Shown: positions 7,554 through 13,008 of the stretch, in pieces
Numbering within the stretch: position 1 is the stretch's first letter
How the letters are laid out: each line of letters starts with the position of its first letter
NCBI GenBank assembly: GCA_030637655.1
Contig: DAOWGI010000096.1
Span: 1 to 13,008, forward strand
Length of the DNA: 13,008 nt
Direction of reading: 5' to 3'
From: a candidate division FCPU426 bacterium
Lineage (GTDB): Bacteria > Oederibacteriota > JAAXVQ01 > JAUVAV01
Program-made: the position numbers and the translations under genes
The notes under the pieces: generated by a model
Told to the model about the DNA's origin: nothing
The model's database searches: none
Seen by the model: only the letters and a program-made list of their open reading frames with translations

Positions 7554-10500
7554 CTACACCGCTCGCTCTGGAATACGATTTATCAGACGAGGCCGGTCAA
7601 ATAAATCTTTTTTATTTTTAATAAATCTTATACCTGGAATTTTCCACAAAATATCAATAATCGCTCCCAATTCCCCGGGAAATTCTCGCAAACTTAGAGG
7701 CGCAAATATATCTTTATCATTCAATTCTCCTACTTTAGCTACATCGAACACGGCTATTTTACTTAAAATATCCAGGAACGCTATCACAAATTTATTTTGT
7801 TCTACCTGTAATACCCGCGCTTTTTCCAAGTCCCCTGTTTTTTTCAGCCTCTCTATCTCACGGCTTTGTGCTTTCAGCCTGGCTGTCATCTTCCGTATAA
7901 GTAATTCATTCATTTTGTCCGGCTCTTTCGCGTATTTCAGATAGTCCTTACCCCTGGATATATTTTCGAGCAATGCTTTTAAACGTGGTTCAATTACGCC
8001 GTCAAGTACAACCTTGATATACATTTCCGGATTTATACTCTGACACAGCTTATATAGCACGTTTTTTATGCCTCTGGGCAAGGTCTCATTGGCATCCAAT
8101 AGGCGTTTTATTGCTGTCTCAACCAGGACCTCTGCACGAATATGGTGGTAATGAACATTACTCTGAAGTTCAAGTATTTGTCCTAACCGCTCGGTAGCCA
8201 AACTCACAACCACACGTTTCCAAGCTGTATCAGCTTGTGCTCGTGGTTTTTTACCGGTTAATTGCACTAGTATAGTCAGGATGGATCGAGACACATAGAC
8301 AACCGGCCTGCTTATTCCGGCTGCATCCTGCACATCTTTATAATAATGTCCAAACAGCAGCCCTTTTAAATAATTCCAAGTACCCACTCCCCTGTTCAAC
8401 ACCCGGATCTCCACCTGATCCGGCGCAAAACGAATTACCGTCGCATCGGTTTCCGGGAAATGTGCCAACTTGAGGGCCCTGATCAAAGGATGGCGGTTTA
8501 TGGTTTCAGTACTTAGATCCACGTGCTCATTGCTTCGATCCACAGCCATACCCAGCGACCAGGATGCAGCGCCCAGCATCAGCAGCCATCCGTAGCGCAA
8601 CAACGGCCAGCGGTCGAGCCAATTATGCCGTTGCAGAATGTGGGCGTTAGGTGCGTGCTTCATCCTTCGTGTTAACCTACCGGATTCTCTGTTATCCAAA
8701 GTTTCCATTTTTTCATCCTTGCCTACCGGCCCGGACTGATAACCGGAGACTTTACCAGCCCGAACAACAAACGGCCAATTGTGATAGTCTTTCAGCTCCA
8801 ATTGTACTGGTCCTTGTTCAGATTCCAGCCCAACATGGTTGAGGAGGTCAACAATATCTTTTCTGGAAAAAAGCCGGATATTTTCCCTGTTCAAAGCTGA
8901 CCGATCATAGAAATGTCGTCCAATGTCTTCCTCGAGATTAATCCACTGTGACATATCATTGGTTTCATGGGTGGAAAAAACTTTAAAAACTAATTGCCCG
9001 CCTGGGTTTAAACGTTTTGTAAACAGTTCGAACAATCTCAGAATTTCTTCCCAAGAAAAATATTGCAGCGACAGATGGGCATGGATAATGTCAAAGGAAT
9101 GAGGAGTATTTTCAAGGTAGGATAGAAACTCCCCTGCTTGGCCGTCTTTTAATTCCACATTATCTAATCCCAAACTGCTGATACGGGTTCGAAAGGCCGC
9201 AACTGCATTTTCGGAAAAATCCAATCCCACATACTGTTTGAAACCCCTGGTTGCCAATTCATATGACCCGCCATAGCCGTCTGCGCATCCCATATCCAAC
9301 ATAGTCATTGTGCCGGGATCGCGGGTGCCAATAATCTTTTCAACTTCATTCAACATGGTTATCTGAGGTCTATACCAGTTGACCTTGCCGGTTTTAGAGT
9401 AACTCCTCTCAAAAAAAGCATGAGTATTATTTTTGCTTGTGAGTTCTGAATCCCGTGCATTGGTTTCATCTAAATGAGTTTGATTAAGTATTCCCGTGGC
9501 CACCGCTTCCTTGATGGAATACTGGTTATCCAAAAATTTTAATTCCATATAGGTCTGCCCGGCCTCAACCGCATCAAGGAAATGTTCCAATGCCTGCCCA
9601 AAACCTTGATATCCCACATTGTCTTTACCCTTTTCATCGCGCGCCGTAATCACTTGAGCGTGGCCGGCCATGGTGCCGGCTGTACTCAAAGAGATCGGAA
9701 AATAAGGATCTGTTTGAACATCTTTATATAAAAATTTATCTAAAGAGCTATCACCCAGCGCAAGCGTCGCGCCCTCTGTTTCAATAGCAGCGAGGTAGTC
9801 TTGCACTTCTTGAGCTTTGCATAATTTAGTAAAGAGCATGAATTCATCCCCGGAGGTTGCCTGGATTCCCCGGTCTGCTAAGGAAAATCTACGTGCTTCA
9901 AGAATTTTTAATGCCCGCTGGAGAGCCTTATTGCCATTAACCAAACCACCGGGTTCGACCAAATCCAGAATTGCATTCATCCGCCAAAAACCGGCGGGGG
10001 TGTGATCTTTTACAGTTGCATTAAAGATATCAATTATTTCAACTGTGTTGTTTGTCCGACTGATGGCTGCCAGCGCTTCTGAAAAATCCAATTGCTTGAT
10101 CTCCGCTAATTCCTGCAAATAACCCATTGCTGCGGCACGGGACAATTCTATTTGGCTTACAGGATCCAAAGCCTTGCTTTGGTCTTGGTCAGCCTCAACC
10201 AAATAATTGCCTTTTTTGTCAAATACCAATCGCTCACCACCTAGGCTGCCTTTAATCGTCAATTTCTGTAAATACGATTCATCACCTGTCCGGCGGAAAT
10301 CATCACGGATGGCTTTAACCACATGGTCTTCAAGTGCAGCGAATGAAGAATCCCGTTTACGCACCACAAAATCATCAGGATCTTCAGATTGGTATAGAAG
10401 TATCTTGCCTTTTTTTAACACGGGACTGCCGCTAATTAACAAAACCGGGATTCCCATTCGCAAAGCCTGTTTGATTTGCGCCAAATTCACACCGTCAGGT

Positions 10501-13007
10501 TTGCTAGTTGAATTCATAGTAAACGTTGAATAAATATCTGCCACGATCGCTTTGATTTTAACTTTGTCGTTTAATGGCAATTTCCGAGGTATTTGACGGG
10601 CACAACGCAGCGTAGCCTGTTTTGTAGCAAGGGATGAATGGATTATACGTTTAAAATCCAATGTTGGAATATGTGGCGGTAATTCATCAACCGGCGCAGG
10701 CGTATCTTTTGCATTTTTTTTATTCTTTGAAAGAACATCGTCTTTGTTTGCATTCAGATTCAATTGCGCTTTGTCAGCCGGTATCAATCCAGTCGAATCG
10801 CTTGCTTTGACCTGCATGTGATACATAACGTGTTCCCCAGGAGCATCAGTCAATTTAATGTTAAACAAGTTATCCACCATCACATCAATCCAGGTTTCAG
10901 GATCAGCAATATGCAATGTACCGAATACAAAGTAATTATTAGAATTATTGCGGATCTGTTCTTTCAATTGCGCTTTATCAATCCAATGACGACCTTCCAG
11001 CGCTTGTACGTTTTGATTTAAAAGATCAGCTAATGCTTGCCAAAACACACGCTGAATAATTTTCCGTTTTTTCGTCTCACTCTCGGTTCCTTTAATCACA
11101 AACCTTTGAGCATAACTTTCCGGTATCTTGAGATTGGCCAATATCGCTTCACTCTTAAAATTAATGTAATTGTAAAAGTGTAGGCTGGATAATTTCTGTT
11201 CTCCGGTCCGGTCGGCAACATACTCATTTTCTTGTATAATTGCCGCCAATACTTTCTGGTTTTTTCTTAGCTGATGCAGTAAAAAAGCAAAATTGACCTG
11301 ACTGGTTGGTTGGCCGCCTCTGGTTCGGACCATAAACCGGCCGTTTAATTCGTATGTTGTCGAATCAGCAAAAAGATCGCCGGTTAACAGCATGTTCATC
11401 AAAACAGCTGTTTCATCAGCCCCGGGTTTAAGGCTGTCCGCAGAAACAAAGCCATAATCGGATATATGAAGATAACCACCTCTATCCAAATCCAGCATCT
11501 CAATAGCATGCTCTAAATTCTTGACAGCATTAATATTCAATGGAAATTTACATCGCTCAATGCCTTCGGTCCAAAACATTAAAAAATCAGCATAGGGATA
11601 TTCTGCCAGATTAATCGGCTTTTCCGCGCGTTTTTCTTCAATATTAAATTCCTTCAAAAAGCCGGGTTTTAATTCTTGTAGCACAACTGAACCGCGCAAC
11701 TTATACTCCAAAGCCAGTTCCTCAGCGCTGATAAAGCTGCCATCTTGTTTTTCAAATTGAGCTGTTCGCGGCCAGCGTATTCTGGCTTGAGTAGTATAAA
11801 ATTCATTCCCTTGCTTTTGTATCTGCTCTACCCCGCCCAGATCATCATAGAGTTCATTGAAGCGAATAAGCATGGCACTCCGGTCCGACCAAGGCAAGGA
11901 TTCATTGGCATCAAAGCGGGTATAAGCAAGAACGGGTTGATGGCTGGACAGGCAAGAATTATTCCGGACCAAATCCAGCATTTCCTGTGAATAATCACTA
12001 ATCACGCATTGCAAACGTGAATAATAAATATTTTCATTGTCCAGTCTCTTAAACGTATCCAAAAAATCAGCCACATATCTGCCGTCCCCTGCACCCCAAT
12101 GATGAATAGTAATTATTGAGGGTGTGTGTTTAGCCGGATCAGTATTGCCATCCATGGTTTTAAGTCGCTGATAAAACTCCTGGGCATCAATTTTCGCTAC
12201 CAAAGGATCTCGAGAAACCGAGGTCGCAAAATGTTGGTGAATATCCTGAGTACTGGTTTGATAATAAATTTTGTTCAGCTTGCGGTAAATATCACCTAAA
12301 GCCTGAAATTCAATGCCTTCCGGATAAATCCATTGCTCATCCATGTTTTCTGTCAACTGCGCCCAGGGGACAAGCATATTATAAACACCATGCATGCCCA
12401 GGAAGCTCAGCACCGTAGAAGTTATTGGTACCAAAACCGCAGCCGGTCCCATAGCTCCCAGGGCCGCGCCCAGGCCTGGGATGGCATAGACTGCCAGCAT
12501 TGGTACAGTAAATATGCTGGTGTACATATTGACAATGCCGATAAAGCGCGAAATCAGTTTAAAGTAATCTCTTGTTCCATCAGATTTTCTATTACCATGT
12601 TCGCGCAGCCATTTGATTGGAGCAAAAAAGTTTTCACTGCTGAACTCCTGCCAGGGACGCGCAAATACACCGCGCAAGTATTGTTTGAAGGATATTTTAG
12701 TACGGGATACAACCTGGTTCACATACCAATGAATAATGAGTGAAGCGGCAAATATCAGGGGCAGAGGTAAGGATGTAAATAACAACGCTGAATTGACAAC
12801 GGCAATAATAGCGGCCGGTATCCAGACGGCTTTCGGAGGCGCGCGGCCTCTAAAAAGCATTTGCGCAAAATGGAGCAAAAAGAAAATCGGCCAGGCAGCC
12901 AAATAACCTGCTTGCCAGAACAGCTCAGGACTTACCGCACCCACTGAGATTAAGGCCATAGACGCAATCGATCCTGCAAGCAGGGATATTCCATTTTCCG
13001 CCAGCCA
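7554..13007 (-). CDS. Giant multidomain membrane-associated protein, 5'-partial (at least 1817 aa): TM module, MidA/NDUFAF7-like MTase, Cof-type HAD-like domain, class I SAM MTase, unknown C-terminal region
   Basis: The frame is open from TAG at 7554 to the window edge (WLAENGISLLAGSIAS precedes Met 12959). Motifs: HWGAGDG, NELYDDL, GGYLHISDYG, TSQVNF; IKAIVADIYST, GIPVLLISG, CK, ALGDSSLD; LDMGCADG, GLDFSENAV, FDII, LNPGGQL. Confidence 0.9.
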   Translation of the reverse strand, partial: WLAENGISLLAGSIASMALISVGAVSPELFWQAGYLAAWPIFFLLHFAQMLFRGRAPPKAVWIPAAIIAVVNSALLFTSLPLPLIFAASLIIHWYVNQVVSRTKISFKQYLRGVFARPWQEFSSENFFAPIKWLREHGNRKSDGTRDYFKLISRFIGIVNMYTSIFTVPMLAVYAIPGLGAALGAMGPAAVLVPITSTVLSFLGMHGVYNMLVPWAQLTENMDEQWIYPEGIEFQALGDIYRKLNKIYYQTSTQDIHQHFATSVSRDPLVAKIDAQEFYQRLKTMDGNTDPAKHTPSIITIHHWGAGDGRYVADFLDTFKRLDNENIYYSRLQCVISDYSQEMLDLVRNNSCLSSHQPVLAYTRFDANESLPWSDRSAMLIRFNELYDDLGGVEQIQKQGNEFYTTQARIRWPRTAQFEKQDGSFISAEELALEYKLRGSVVLQELKPGFLKEFNIEEKRAEKPINLAEYPYADFLMFWTEGIERCKFPLNINAVKNLEHAIEMLDLDRGGYLHISDYGFVSADSLKPGADETAVLMNMLLTGDLFADSTTYELNGRFMVRTRGGQPTSQVNFAFLLHQLRKNQKVLAAIIQENEYVADRTGEQKLSSLHFYNYINFKSEAILANLKIPESYAQRFVIKGTESETKKRKIIQRVFWQALADLLNQNVQALEGRHWIDKAQLKEQIRNNSNNYFVFGTLHIADPETWIDVMVDNLFNIKLTDAPGEHVMYHMQVKASDSTGLIPADKAQLNLNANKDDVLSKNKKNAKDTPAPVDELPPHIPTLDFKRIIHSSLATKQATLRCARQIPRKLPLNDKVKIKAIVADIYSTFTMNSTSKPDGVNLAQIKQALRMGIPVLLISGSPVLKKGKILLYQSEDPDDFVVRKRDSSFAALEDHVVKAIRDDFRRTGDESYLQKLTIKGSLGGERLVFDKKGNYLVEADQDQSKALDPVSQIELSRAAAMGYLQELAEIKQLDFSEALAAISRTNNTVEIIDIFNATVKDHTPAGFWRMNAILDLVEPGGLVNGNKALQRALKILEARRFSLADRGIQATSGDEFMLFTKLCKAQEVQDYLAAIETEGATLALGDSSLDKFLYKDVQTDPYFPISLSTAGTMAGHAQVITARDEKGKDNVGYQGFGQALEHFLDAVEAGQTYMELKFLDNQYSIKEAVATGILNQTHLDETNARDSELTSKNNTHAFFERSYSKTGKVNWYRPQITMLNEVEKIIGTRDPGTMTMLDMGCADGYGGSYELATRGFKQYVGLDFSENAVAAFRTRISSLGLDNVELKDGQAGEFLSYLENTPHSFDIIHAHLSLQYFSWEEILRLFELFTKRLNPGGQLVFKVFSTHETNDMSQWINLEEDIGRHFYDRSALNRENIRLFSRKDIVDLLNHVGLESEQGPVQLELKDYHNWPFVVRAGKVSGYQSGPVGKDEKMETLDNRESGRLTRRMKHAPNAHILQRHNWLDRWPLLRYGWLLMLGAASWSLGMAVDRSNEHVDLSTETINRHPLIRALKLAHFPETDATVIRFAPDQVEIRVLNRGVGTWNYLKGLLFGHYYKDVQDAAGISRPVVYVSRSILTILVQLTGKKPRAQADTAWKRVVVSLATERLGQILELQSNVHYHHIRAEVLVETAIKRLLDANETLPRGIKNVLYKLCQSINPEMYIKVVLDGVIEPRLKALLENISRGKDYLKYAKEPDKMNELLIRKMTARLKAQSREIERLKKTGDLEKARVLQVEQNKFVIAFLDILSKIAVFDVAKVGELNDKDIFAPLSLREFPGELGAIIDILWKIPGIRFIKNKKDLFDRPRLINRIPERAV

Positions 13008-13008
13008 C

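Noticed and set aside
298-12743. The many short + strand ORFs and the nested minus-strand ORFs at 1902-2126 and 5406-5810
   Set aside because: They are antisense or out-of-frame shadows of well-supported genes and show no recognisable motifs.
12957-12959. ATG 12959 as the start of the giant ORF
   Set aside because: No SD is visible and the frame stays open to the window edge, so the gene is probably 5'-truncated.
7554-13007. Restriction-modification, NRPS/PKS or RTX/Rhs identity for the giant ORF
   Set aside because: I saw no DPPY/NPPY or PC DNA-methyltransferase motif, helicase motifs, carrier-protein or adenylation motifs, or RTX/YD repeats in the visible part.

Overview
Bacterial chromosomal window, probably from a diderm because it encodes LptE. 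The left part is a housekeeping block: ogt (-), murJ (-), rpsT (+, divergent from murJ, with a clear sigma70 promoter) and a leuS-lptE-holA operon (-). The right 5.4 kb is the 3' part of a giant minus-strand ORF that stays open past the window edge (at least 1817 aa). In order it carries a multi-TM module with CPBP-protease-like FxxxH/HxxxN motifs, a MidA/NDUFAF7-like SAM methyltransferase domain, a Cof-type HAD domain with an altered motif I, a second class I SAM methyltransferase and an unrecognised C-terminal region. Every non-zero intergenic gap holds GTAG...CTAC REP-type palindromes, mostly exactly 28 bp but varied in sequence. There is also a tandem REP array (1-152), a REP with another hairpin repeat inserted at its centre (2438-2495), and an IS66-like MITE (7328-7503) containing nested repeats. 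All domain calls come from motif recognition by eye; no database searches were run.
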